Assembly: GCA_043228905.1 (NCBI GenBank)
Contig: JBHGNT010000025.1
Coordinates: forward strand, 1 to 64,000
DNA: 64,000 bases
Reading direction: 5' to 3'
DNA from: Azolla caroliniana
Taxonomy: Eukaryota > Plantae > Polypodiophyta
Part shown: positions 39,401 through 52,600 of the stretch, in pieces
Numbering within the stretch: position 1 is the stretch's first letter
How the letters are laid out: every line of letters starts with the position of its first letter
Notes under the pieces: model-generated
The model's database searches: none
Told to the model about the DNA's origin: nothing
What the model saw: the letters and a program-made list of their open reading frames with translations, nothing else
Position numbers and translations under genes: made by a program

Positions 39401-40749
39401 GAAATTAGCAATCTTGAGGAGGGAGTTGAGAGGAGCCCTTGAGTAAATTAAAATGTTTATACCTGGCGCGTGTGATATCGGATTTTTGTGTTCAAACATG
39501 CGAATCGAAGCTAACAACGCTAGCTATGACATGGTATTAAAAAATCAAGATTTTGAAACTCAGGTCGAGAGACATGACGAAATTACCTAATTTGAGGACT
39601 GAGTTGAGACGACCTAGTAGGTAAATTAAAATGTTCATACCTGGCGCGTGTGATATCGGATTTTTGTGTTCAAACATGCGAATCGAAGCTAACAACACTA
39701 GCTATTCTATGGAACTAAAAAATCAAGATTTTGAAACTCAGGTCGAGAGATATGAAGAAATTAGCAATCTTGAGGAGGGAGTTGAGAGGAGCCCTTGAGT
39801 AAATTAAAATGTTCATACCTGGCTCGTGTGATATCGGATTTTTGTGTTCAAACATGCGAATCGAAGCTCACAACGCTAGCTATGATATGGTATTAAAAAA
39901 TCAAGATTTTGAAATTGAGGTCGAGAGACATGAAGAAATTAGCAATCTTGAGGAGGGAGTTGAGAGGAGCCCTTGAGTACATTAAAATGTTCATACCTGG
40001 CGCGTGTGATATCGGATTTTTGTGTTCAAACATGCGAATCGAAGCTAACAACGCTAGCTATGACATGGTATTAAAAAATCAAGATTTTGAAACTCAGGTC
40101 GAGAGATATGAAGAAATTAGCAATCTTGAGGAGGGAGTTGAGAGGAGCCCTTGAGTACATTAAAATGTTCATACCTGGCGTGTGTGATATCGGATTTTTC
40201 TGTTCAAACATGCGAATCGAAGCTCACAACGCTAGCTATTATATGGAGGGAGTTGAAATTGAGGTCGAGAGACATGAAGAAATTAGCAATCTTGAGGAGG
40301 GAGTTGAGAGGAGCACTTGAGTATATTAAAATGTTTATACCTGGCTCGTGTGATATCGGATTTTTGTGTTCAAACATGCGAATCGAAGCTCACAACGCTA
40401 GCTATGATATGGTATTAAAAAATCATGATTTTGAAACTCAGGTCGAGAGACATGAAGAAATTAGCAATCTTGAGGAGGGAGTTGAGAGGAGCCCTTGAGT
40501 ACATTAAAATGTTCATACCTGGCACGTGTGATATCGGATTTTTGTGTTCAAACATGCGAATCGAAGCTAACAATGCTAGCTATTATATGGAACTAAAAAA
40601 TCAAGATTTTGAAACTCAGGTCGCGAGATATGAAGAAATTAGCAATCTTGAGGAGGGAGTTGAGAGGAGCCCTTGAGTGCATTAAAATGTTCATACCTGG
40701 CGCGTGTGATATCGGATTTTTGTGTTCAAACATGCGAATCGAAGCTAAC

Positions 40750-43700
40750 AACACTAGCTATTCTATGGAACTAAAAAATCAAGATTTTGAAACTCAGGTC
40801 GAGAGATATGAAGAAATTAGCAATCTTGAGGAGGGAGTTGAGAGGAGCCCTTGAGTAAATTAAAATGTTCATACCTGGCTCGTGTGATATCGGATTTTTG
40901 TGTTCAAACATGCGAATCGAAGCTCACAACGCTAGCTATGATATGGTATTAAAAAATCATGATTTTGAAATTGAGGTCGAGAGACATGAAGAAATTAGCA
41001 ATCTTGAGGAGGGAGTTGAGAGGAGCCCTTGAGTACATTAAAATGTTCATACCTGGCACGTGTGATATCGGATTTTTGTGTTCAAACATGCGAATCGAAG
41101 CTAACAATGCTAGCTATTCTATGGAACTAAAAAATCAAGATTTTGAAACTCAGGTCGAGAGATATGAAGAAATTAGCAATCTTGAGGAGGGAGTTGAGAG
41201 GAGCACTTGAGTATATTAAAATGTTTATACCTGGCTCGTGTGATATCGGATTTTTGTGTTCAAACATGCGAATCGAAGCTCACAACGCTAGCTATGACAT
41301 GTTATTAAAAAATCAAGATTTTGAAACTCAGGTCGAGAAATATGAAGAAATTAGCAATCTTGAGGAGGGAGTTGAGAGGAGCCCTTGAGTAAATTAAAAT
41401 GTTTATACCTGGCGCGTGTGATATCGGATTTTTGTGTTCAAACATGCGAATCGAAGCTAACAACGCTAGCTATGACATGGTATTAAAAAATCAAGATTTT
41501 GAAACTCAGGTCGAGAGACATGACGAAATTACCTAATTTGAGGACTGAGTTGAGACGACCTAGTAGGTAAATTAAAATGTTCATACCTGGCGCGTGTGAT
41601 ATCGGATTTTTGTGTTCAAACATGCGAATCGAAGCTAACAACACTAGCTATTCTATGGAACTAAAAAATCAAGATTTTGAAACTCAGGTCGAGAGATATG
41701 AAGAAATTAGCAATCTTGAGGAGGGAGTTGAGAGGAGCCCTTGAGTAAATTAAAATGTTCATACCTGGCTCGTGTGATATCGGATTTTTGTGTTCAAACA
41801 TGCGAATCGAAGCTCACAACGCTAGCTATGATATGGTATTAAAAAATCATGATTTTGAAATTGAGGTCGAGAGACATGAAGAAATTAGCAATCTTGAGGA
41901 GGGAGTTGAGAGGAGCCCTTGAGTACATTAAAATGTTCATACCTGGCACGTGTGATATCGGATTTTTGTGTTCAAACATGCGAATCGAAGCTAACAATGC
42001 TAGCTATTCTATGGAACTAAAAAATCAAGATTTTGAAACTCAGGTCGAGAGATATGAAGAAATTAGCAATCTTGAGGAGGGAGTTGAGAGGAGCACTTGA
42101 GTATATTAAAATGTTTATACCTGGCTCGTGTGATATCGGATTTTTGTGTTCAAACATGCGAATCGAAGCTCACAACGCTAGCTATGACATGTTATTAAAA
42201 AATCAAGATTTTGAAACTCAGGTCGAGAAATATGAAGAAATTAGCAATCTTGAGGAGGGAGTTGAGAGGAGCCCTTGAGTAAATTAAAATGTTTATACCT
42301 GGCGCGTGTGATATCGGATTTTTGTGTTCAAACATGCGAATCGAAGCTAACAACGCTAGCTATGACATGGTATTAAAAAATCAAGATTTTGAAACTCAGG
42401 TCGAGAGACATGACGAAATTACCTAATTTGAGGACTGAGTTGAGACGACCTAGTAGGTAAATTAAAATGTTCATACCTGGCGCGTGTGATATCGGATTTT
42501 TGTGTTCAAACATGCGAATCGAAGCTAACAACACTAGCTATTCTATGGAACTAAAAAATCAAGATTTTGAAACTCAGGTCGAGAGATATGAAGAAATTAG
42601 CAATCTTGAGGAGGGAGTTGAGAGGAGCCCTTGAGTAAATTAAAATGTTCATACCTGGCTCGTGTGATATCGGATTTTTGTGTTCAAACATGCGAATCGA
42701 AGCTCACAACGCTAGCTATGATATGGTATTAAAAAATCATGATTTTGAAATTGAGGTCGAGAGACATGAAGAAATTAGCAATCTTGAGGAGGGAGTTGAG
42801 AGGAGCCCTTGAGTACATTAAAATGTTCATACCTGGCGCGTGTGATATCGGATTTTTGTGTTCAAACATGCGAATCGAAGCTAACAACGCTAGCTATGAC
42901 ATGGTATTAAAAAATCAAGATTTTGAAACTCAGGTCGAGAGATATGAAGAAATTAGCAATCTTGAGGAGGGAGTTGAGAGGAGCCCTTGAGTACATTAAA
43001 ATGTTCATACCTGGCGTGTGTGATATCGGATTTTTCTGTTCAAACATGCGAATCGAAGCTCACAACGCTAGCTATTATATGGAACTAAAAAATCAAGATT
43101 TTGAAACTCAGGTCGAGAGATATGAAGAAATTAGCAATCTTGACGAGGGAGTTGAGAGGAGCCCTTGAGTACATTAAAATGTTCATACCTGGCGCGTGTG
43201 ATATCGGATTTTTCTGTTCAAACATGCGAATCGAAGCTAACAACGCTAGCTATTATATGGAACTAAAAAATCAAGATTTTGAAACTCAGGTCGAGAAATA
43301 TGAAGAAATTACCTAATTTGACGACTGAGTTGAGACGACCTAGTAGGTAAATTAAAATGTTCATACCTGGCTCGTGTGATATCGGATTTTTGTGTTCAAA
43401 CATGCGAATCAAGCTAACACCGCTAGCTATTATATGGAACTAAAAAATCAAGATTTTGAAACTCAGGTCGAGAGATATGAAGAAATTAGCAATCTTGAGG
43501 AGGGAGTTGAGAGGAGCCCTTGAGTACATTAAAATGTTCATACCTGGCGCGTGTGATATCGGATTTTTGTGTTCAAACATGCGAATCGAAGCTAACAATG
43601 CTAGCTATTATATGGAACTAGAAAATCAAGATTTTGAAACTCAGGTCGAGAGATATGAAGAAATTAGCAATCTTGAGGAGGGAGTTGAGAGGAGCCCTTG

Positions 43701-46700
43701 AGTACATTAAAATGTTCATACCTGGCACGTGTGATATCGGATTTTTGTGTTCAAACATGCGAATCGAAGCTAACAATGCTAGCTATTCTATGGAACTAAA
43801 AAATCAAGATTTTGAAACTCAGGTCGAGAGATATGAAGAAATTAGCAATCTTGAGGAGGGAGTTGAGAGGAGCACTTGAGTATATTAAAATGTTTATACC
43901 TGGCTCGTGTGATATCGGATTTTTGTGTTCAAACATGCGAATCGAAGCTCACAACGCTAGCTATGACATGTTATTAAAAAATCAAGATTTTGAAACTCAG
44001 GTCGAGAAATATGAAGAAATTAGCAATCTTGAGGAGGGAGTTGAGAGGAGCCCTTGAGTAAATTAAAATGTTTATACCTGGCGCGTGTGATATCGGATTT
44101 TTGTGTTCAAACATGCGAATCGAAGCTAACAACGCTAGCTATGACATGGTATTAAAAAATCAAGATTTTGAAACTCAGGTCGAGAGACATGACGAAATTA
44201 CCTAATTTGAGGACTGAGTTGAGACGACCTAGTAGGTAAATTAAAATGTTCATACCTGGCGCGTGTGATATCGGATTTTTGTGTTCAAACATGCGAATCG
44301 AAGCTAACAACACTAGCTATTCTATGGAACTAAAAAATCAAGATTTTGAAACTCAGGTCGAGAGATATGAAGAAATTAGCAATCTTGAGGAGGGAGTTGA
44401 GAGGAGCCCTTGAGTAAATTAAAATGTTCATACCTGGCTCGTGTGATATCGGATTTTTGTGTTCAAACATGCGAATCGAAGCTCACAACGCTAGCTATGA
44501 TATGGTATTAAAAAATCATGATTTTGAAATTGAGGTCGAGAGACATGAAGAAATTAGCAATCTTGAGGAGGGAGTTGAGAGGAGCCCTTGAGTACATTAA
44601 AATGTTCATACCTGGCACGTGTGATATCGGATTTTTGTGTTCAAACATGCGAATCGAAGCTAACAATGCTAGCTATTCTATGGAACTAAAAAATCAAGAT
44701 TTTGAAACTCAGGTCGAGAGATATGAAGAAATTAGCAATCTTGAGGAGGGAGTTGAGAGGAGCACTTGAGTATATTAAAATGTTTATACCTGGCTCGTGT
44801 GATATCGGATTTTTGTGTTCAAACATGCGAATCGAAGCTCACAACGCTAGCTATGACATGTTATTAAAAAATCAAGATTTTGAAACTCAGGTCGAGAAAT
44901 ATGAAGAAATTAGCAATCTTGAGGAGGGAGTTGAGAGGAGCCCTTGAGTAAATTAAAATGTTTATACCTGGCGCGTGTGATATCGGATTTTTGTGTTCAA
45001 ACATGCGAATCGAAGCTAACAACGCTAGCTATGACATGGTATTAAAAAATCAAGATTTTGAAACTCAGGTCGAGAGACATGACGAAATTACCTAATTTGA
45101 GGACTGAGTTGAGACGACCTAGTAGGTAAATTAAAATGTTCATACCTGGCGCGTGTGATATCGGATTTTTGTGTTCAAACATGCGAATCGAAGCTAACAA
45201 CACTAGCTATTCTATGGAACTAAAAAATCAAGATTTTGAAACTCAGGTCGAGAGATATGAAGAAATTAGCAATCTTGAGGAGGGAGTTGAGAGGAGCCCT
45301 TGAGTAAATTAAAATGTTCATACCTGGCTCGTGTGATATCGGATTTTTGTGTTCAAACATGCGAATCGAAGCTCACAACGCTAGCTATGATATGGTATTA
45401 AAAAATCATGATTTTGAAATTGAGGTCGAGAGACATGAAGAAATTAGCAATCTTGAGGAGGGAGTTGAGAGGAGCCCTTGAGTACATTAAAATGTTCATA
45501 CCTGGCGCGTGTGATATCGGATTTTTGTGTTCAAACATGCGAATCGAAGCTAACAACGCTAGCTATGACATGGTATTAAAAAATCAAGATTTTGAAACTC
45601 AGGTCGAGAGATATGAAGAAATTAGCAATCTTGAGGAGGGAGTTGAGAGGAGCCCTTGAGTACATTAAAATGTTCATACCTGGCGTGTGTGATATCGGAT
45701 TTTTCTGTTCAAACATGCGAATCGAAGCTCACAACGCTAGCTATTATATGGAACTAAAAAATCAAGATTTTGAAACTCAGGTCGAGAGATATGAAGAAAT
45801 TAGCAATCTTGACGAGGGAGTTGAGAGGAGCCCTTGAGTACATTAAAATGTTCATACCTGGCGCGTGTGATATCGGATTTTTCTGTTCAAACATGCGAAT
45901 CGAAGCTAACAACGCTAGCTATTATATGGAACTAAAAAATCAAGATTTTGAAACTCAGGTCGAGAAATATGAAGAAATTACCTAATTTGACGACTGAGTT
46001 GAGACGACCTAGTAGGTAAATTAAAATGTTCATACCTGGCTCGTGTGATATCGGATTTTTGTGTTCAAACATGCGAATCAAGCTAACACCGCTAGCTATT
46101 ATATGGAACTAAAAAATCAAGATTTTGAAACTCAGGTCGAGAGATATGAAGAAATTAGCAATCTTGAGGAGGGAGTTGAGAGGAGCCCTTGAGTACATTA
46201 AAATGTTCATACCTGGCGCGTGTGATATCGGATTTTTGTGTTCAAACATGCGAATCGAAGCTAACAATGCTAGCTATTATATGGAACTAAAAAATCAAGA
46301 TTTTGAAACTCAGGTCGAGAAATATGAAGAAATTAGCAATCTTGAGGAGGGAGTTGAGAGGAGCCCTTGAGTACATTAAAATGTTCATACCTGGCGCGTG
46401 TGATATCGGATTTTTGTGTTCAAACATGCGAATCGAAGCTAACAATGCTAGCTATTATATGGAACTAGAAAATCAAGATTTTGAAACTCAGGTCGAGAGA
46501 TATGAAGAAATTAGCAATCTTGAGGAGGGAGTTGAGAGGAGCCCTTGAGTACATTAAAATGTTCATACCTGGCGCGTGTGATATCGGATTTTTGTGTTCA
46601 AACATGCGAATCGAAGCTATCAACACTAGCTATTCTATGGAACTAAAAAATCAAGATTTTGAAACTCAGGTCGAGAGATATGAAGAAAATAGCAATCTTG

Positions 46701-49650
46701 AAGAGGGAGTTGAGAGGAGCCCTTGAGTAAATTAAAATGTTCATACCTGGCTCGTGTGATATCGGATTTTTGTGTTCAAACATGCGAATCGAAGCTCACA
46801 ACGCTAGCTATGATATGGTATTAAAAAATCATGATTTTGAAATTGAGGTCGAGAGACATGAAGAAATTAGCAATCTTGAGGAGGGAGTTGAGAGGAGCCC
46901 TTGAGTACATTAAAATGTTCATACCTGGCGCGTGTGATATCGGATTTTTCTGTTCAAACATGCGAATCGAACCTAACAACGCTAGCTATGATATGGAACT
47001 AAAAAATCAAGATTTTGAAACTCAGGTCGAGAGATATGAAGAAATTAGCAATCTTGACGAGGGAGTTGAGAGGAGCCCTTGAGTACATTAAAATGTTCAT
47101 ACCTGGCGCGTGTGATATCGGATTTTTCTGTTCAAACATGCGAATCGAAGCTAACAACGCTAGCTATTATATGGAACTAAAAAATCAAGATTTTGAAACT
47201 CAGGTCGAGAGATATGAAGAAATTAGCAATCTTGAGGAGGGAGTTGAGAGGAGCACTTGAGTATATTAAAATGTTTATACCTGGCTCGTGTGATATCGGA
47301 TTTTTGTGTTCAAACATGCGAATCGAAGCTCACAACGCTAGCTATGACATGTTATTAAAAAATCAAGATTTTGAAACTCAGGTCGAGAAATATGAAGAAA
47401 TTAGCAATCTTGAGGAGGGAGTTGAGAGGAGCCCTTGAGTAAATTAAAATGTTTATACCTGGCGCGTGTGATATCGGATTTTTGTGTTCAAACATGCGAA
47501 TCGAAGCTAACAACGCTAGCTATGACATGGTATTAAAAAATCAAGATTTTGAAACTCAGGTCGAGAGACATGACGAAATTACCTAATTTGAGGACTGAGT
47601 TGAGACGACCTAGTAGGTAAATTAAAATGTTCATACCTGGCGCGTGTGATATCGGATTTTTGTGTTCAAACATGCGAATCGAAGCTAACAACACTAGCTA
47701 TTCTATGGAACTAAAAAATCAAGATTTTGAAACTCAGGTCGAGAGATATGAAGAAATTAGCAATCTTGAGGAGGGAGTTGAGAGGAGCCCTTGAGTAAAT
47801 TAAAATGTTCATACCTGGCTCGTGTGATATCGGATTTTTGTGTTCAAACATGCGAATCGAAGCTCACAACGCTAGCTATGATATGGTATTAAAAAATCAT
47901 GATTTTGAAATTGAGGTCGAGAGACATGAAGAAATTAGCAATCTTGAGGAGGGAGTTGAGAGGAGCCCTTGAGTACATTAAAATGTTCATACCTGGCGCG
48001 TGTGATATCGGATTTTTGTGTTCAAACATGCGAATCGAAGCTAACAACGCTAGCTATGACATGGTATTAAAAAATCAAGATTTTGAAACTCAGGTCGAGA
48101 GATATGAAGAAATTAGCAATCTTGAGGAGGGAGTTGAGAGGAGCCCTTGAGTACATTAAAATGTTCATACCTGGCGTGTGTGATATCGGATTTTTCTGTT
48201 CAAACATGCGAATCGAAGCTCACAACGCTAGCTATTATATGGAACTAAAAAATCAAGATTTTGAAACTCAGGTCGAGAGATATGAAGAAATTAGCAATCT
48301 TGACGAGGGAGTTGAGAGGAGCCCTTGAGTACATTAAAATGTTCATACCTGGCGCGTGTGATATCGGATTTTTCTGTTCAAACATGCGAATCGAAGCTAA
48401 CAACGCTAGCTATTATATGGAACTAAAAAATCAAGATTTTGAAACTCAGGTCGAGAAATATGAAGAAATTACCTAATTTGACGACTGAGTTGAGACGACC
48501 TAGTAGGTAAATTAAAATGTTCATACCTGGCTCGTGTGATATCGGATTTTTGTGTTCAAACATGCGAATCAAGCTAACACCGCTAGCTATTATATGGAAC
48601 TAAAAAATCAAGATTTTGAAACTCAGGTCGAGAGATATGAAGAAATTAGCAATCTTGAGGAGGGAGTTGAGAGGAGCCCTTGAGTACATTAAAATGTTCA
48701 TACCTGGCGCGTGTGATATCGGATTTTTGTGTTCAAACATGCGAATCGAAGCTAACAATGCTAGCTATTATATGGAACTAAAAAATCAAGATTTTGAAAC
48801 TCAGGTCGAGAAATATGAAGAAATTAGCAATCTTGAGGAGGGAGTTGAGAGGAGCCCTTGAGTACATTAAAATGTTCATACCTGGCGCGTGTGATATCGG
48901 ATTTTTGTGTTCAAACATGCGAATCGAAGCTAACAATGCTAGCTATTATATGGAACTAGAAAATCAAGATTTTGAAACTCAGGTCGAGAGATATGAAGAA
49001 ATTAGCAATCTTGAGGAGGGAGTTGAGAGGAGCCCTTGAGTACATTAAAATGTTCATACCTGGCGCGTGTGATATCGGATTTTTGTGTTCAAACATGCGA
49101 ATCGAAGCTATCAACACTAGCTATTCTATGGAACTAAAAAATCAAGATTTTGAAACTCAGGTCGAGAGATATGAAGAAATTAGCAATCTTGAAGAGGGAG
49201 TTGAGAGGAGCCCTTGAGTAAATTAAAATGTTCATACCTGGCTCGTGTGATATCGGATTTTTGTGTTCAAACATGCGAATCGAAGCTCACAACGCTAGCT
49301 ATGATATGGTATTAAAAAATCATGATTTTGAAATTGAGGTCGAGAGACATGAAGAAATTAGCAATCTTGAGGAGGGAGTTGAGAGGAGCCCTTGAGTACA
49401 TTAAAATGTTCATACCTGGCGCGTGTGATATCGGATTTTTCTGTTCAAACATGCGAATCGAACCTAACAACGCTAGCTATGATATGGAACTAAAAAATCA
49501 AGATTTTGAAACTCAGGTCGAGAGATATGAAGAAATTAGCAATCTTGACGATGGAGTTGAGAGGAGCCCTTGAGTACATTAAAATGTTCATACCTGGCGC
49601 GTGTGATATCGGATTTTTCTGTTCAAACATGCGAATCGAAGCTAACAACG
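40750..49650. repeat. Nested pentamer (890 bp), 15-mer (2669 bp) and 14-mer (2491 bp) repeats
   Basis: 890 bp: 40959/41849/42739 and 44518/45408. 2669 bp: 41849/44518 and 43101/45770. 2491 bp: 44702/47193, 45770/48261, 46831/49322. Confidence 0.87.
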
Positions 49651-52600
49651 CTAGCTATTATATGGAACTAAAAAATCAAGATTTTGAAACTCAGGTCGAG
49701 AAATATGAAGAAATTAGCAATCTTGAGGAGGGAGTTGAGAGGAGCCCTTGAGTACATTAAAATGTTCATACCTGGCGCGTGTGATATCGGATTTTTGTGT
49801 TCAAACATGCGAATCGAAGCTAACAATGCTAGCTATTATATGGAACTAGAAAATCAAGATTTTGAAACTCAGGTCGAGAGATATGAAGAAATTAGCAATC
49901 TTGAGGAGGGAGTTGAGAGGAGCCCTTGAGTACATTAAAATGTTCATACCTGGCGCGTGTGATATCGGATTTTTGTGTTCAAACATGCGAATCGAAGCTA
50001 TCAACACTAGCTATTCTATGGAACTAAAAAATCAAGATTTTGAAACTCAGGTCGAGAGATATGAAGAAATTAGCAATCTTGAGGAGGGAGTTGAGAGGAG
50101 CCCTTGAGTAAATTAAAATGTTCATACCTGGCTCGTGTGATATCGGATTTTTGTGTTCAAACATGCGAATCGAAGCTCACAACGCTAGCTATGATATGGT
50201 ATTAAAAAATCATGATTTTGAAATTGAGGTCGAGAGACATGAAGAAATTAGCAATCTTGAGGAGGGAGTTGAGAGGAGCCCTTGAGTACATTAAAATGTT
50301 CATACCTGGCGCGTGTGATATCGGATTTTTGTGTTCAAACATGCGAATCGAAGCTAACAACGCTAGCTATGACATGGTATTAAAAAATCAAGATTTTGAA
50401 ACTCAGGTCGAGAGATATGAAGAAATTAGCAATCTTGAGGAGGGAGTTGAGAGGAGCCCTTGAGTACATTAAAATGTTCATACCTGGCGCGTGTGATATC
50501 GGATTTTTCTGTTCAAACATGCGAATCGAAGCTAACAACGCTAGCTATTATATGGAACTAAAAAATCAAGATTTTGAAACTCAGGTCGACAGATATGAAG
50601 AAATTAGCAATCTTGACGAGGGAGTTGAGAGGAGCCCTTGAGTACATTAAAATGTTCATACCTGGCGCGTGTGATATCGGATTTTTCTATTCAAACATGC
50701 GAATCGAAGCTAACAACGCTAGCTATTATATGGAACTAAAAAATCAAGATTTTGAAACTCAGGTCGAGAGATATGAAGAAATTAGCAATCTTGACGAGGG
50801 AGTTGAGAGGAGCCCTTGAGTAAATTAAAATGTTCATACCTGGCTCGTGTGATATCGGATTTTTGTGTTCAAACATGCGAATCGAAGCTCACAACGCTAG
50901 CTATGATATGGTATTAAAAAATCATGATTTTGAAATTGAGGTCGAGAGACATGAAGAAATTAGCAATCTTGAGGAGGGAGTTGAGAGGAGCCCTTGAGTA
51001 CATTAAAATGTTCATACCTGGCGCGTGTGATATCGGATTTTTCTGTTCAAACATGCGAATCGAACCTAACAACGCTAGCTATGATATGGAACTAAAAAAT
51101 CAAGATTTTGAAACTCAGGTCGAGAGATATGAAGAAATTAGCAATCTTGACGAGGGAGTTGAGAGGAGCCCTTGAGTACATTAAAATGTTCATACCTGGC
51201 GCGTGTGATATCGGATTTTTCTGTTCAAACATGCGAATCGAAGCTAACAACGCTAGCTATTATATGGAACTAAAAAATCAAGATTTTGAAACTCAGGTCG
51301 AGAAATATGAAGAAATTAGCAATCTTGAGGAGGGAGTTGAGAGGAGCCCTTGAGTACATTAAAATGTTCATACCTGGCGCGTGTGATATCGGATTTTTGT
51401 GTTCAAACATGCGAATCGAAGCTAACAATGCTAGCTATTATATGGAACTAGAAAATCAAGATTTTGAAACTCAGGTCGAGAGATATGAAGAAATTAGCAA
51501 TCTTGAGGAGGGAGTTGAGAGGAGCCCTTGAGTACATTAAAATGTTCATACCTGGCGCGTGTGATATCGGATTTTTGTGTTCAAACATGCGAATCGAAGC
51601 TATCAACACTAGCTATTCTATGGAACTAAAAAATCAAGATTTTGAAACTCAGGTCGAGAGATATGAAGAAATTAGCAATCTTGAGGAGGGAGTTGAGAGG
51701 AGCCCTTGAGTAAATTAAAATGTTCATACCTGGCTCGTGTGATATCGGATTTTTGTGTTCAAACATGCGAATCGAAGCTCACAACGCTAGCTATGATATG
51801 GTATTAAAAAATCATGATTTTGAAATTGAGGTCGAGAGACATGAAGAAATTAGCAATCTTGAGGAGGGAGTTGAGAGGAGCCCTTGAGTACATTAAAATG
51901 TTCATACCTGGCGCGTGTGATATCGGATTTTTGTGTTCAAACATGCGAATCGAAGCTAACAACGCTAGCTATGACATGGTATTAAAAAATCAAGATTTTG
52001 AAACTCAGGTCGAGAGATATGAAGAAATTAGCAATCTTGAGGAGGGAGTTGAGAGGAGCCCTTGAGTACATTAAAATGTTCATACCTGGCGCGTGTGATA
52101 TCGGATTTTTCTGTTCAAACATGCGAATCGAAGCTAACAACGCTAGCTATTATATGGAACTAAAAAATCAAGATTTTGAAACTCAGGTCGACAGATATGA
52201 AGAAATTAGCAATCTTGACGAGGGAGTTGAGAGGAGCCCTTGAGTACATTAAAATGTTCATACCTGGCGCGTGTGATATCGGATTTTTCTGTTCAAACAT
52301 GCGAATCGAAGCTAACAACGCTAGCTATTATATGGAACTAAAAAATCAAGATTTTGAAACTCAGGTCGAGAAATATGAAGAAATTACCTAATTTGACGAC
52401 TGAGTTGAGACGACCTAGTAGGTAAATTAAAATGTTCATACCTGGCTCGTGTGATATCGGATTTTTGTGTTCAAACATGCGAATCAAGCTAACAACGCTA
52501 GCTATTATATGGAACTAAAAAATCAAGATTTTGAAACTCAGGTCGAGAGATATGAAGAAATTAGCAATCTTGAGGAGGGAGTTGAGAGGAGCCCTTGAGT

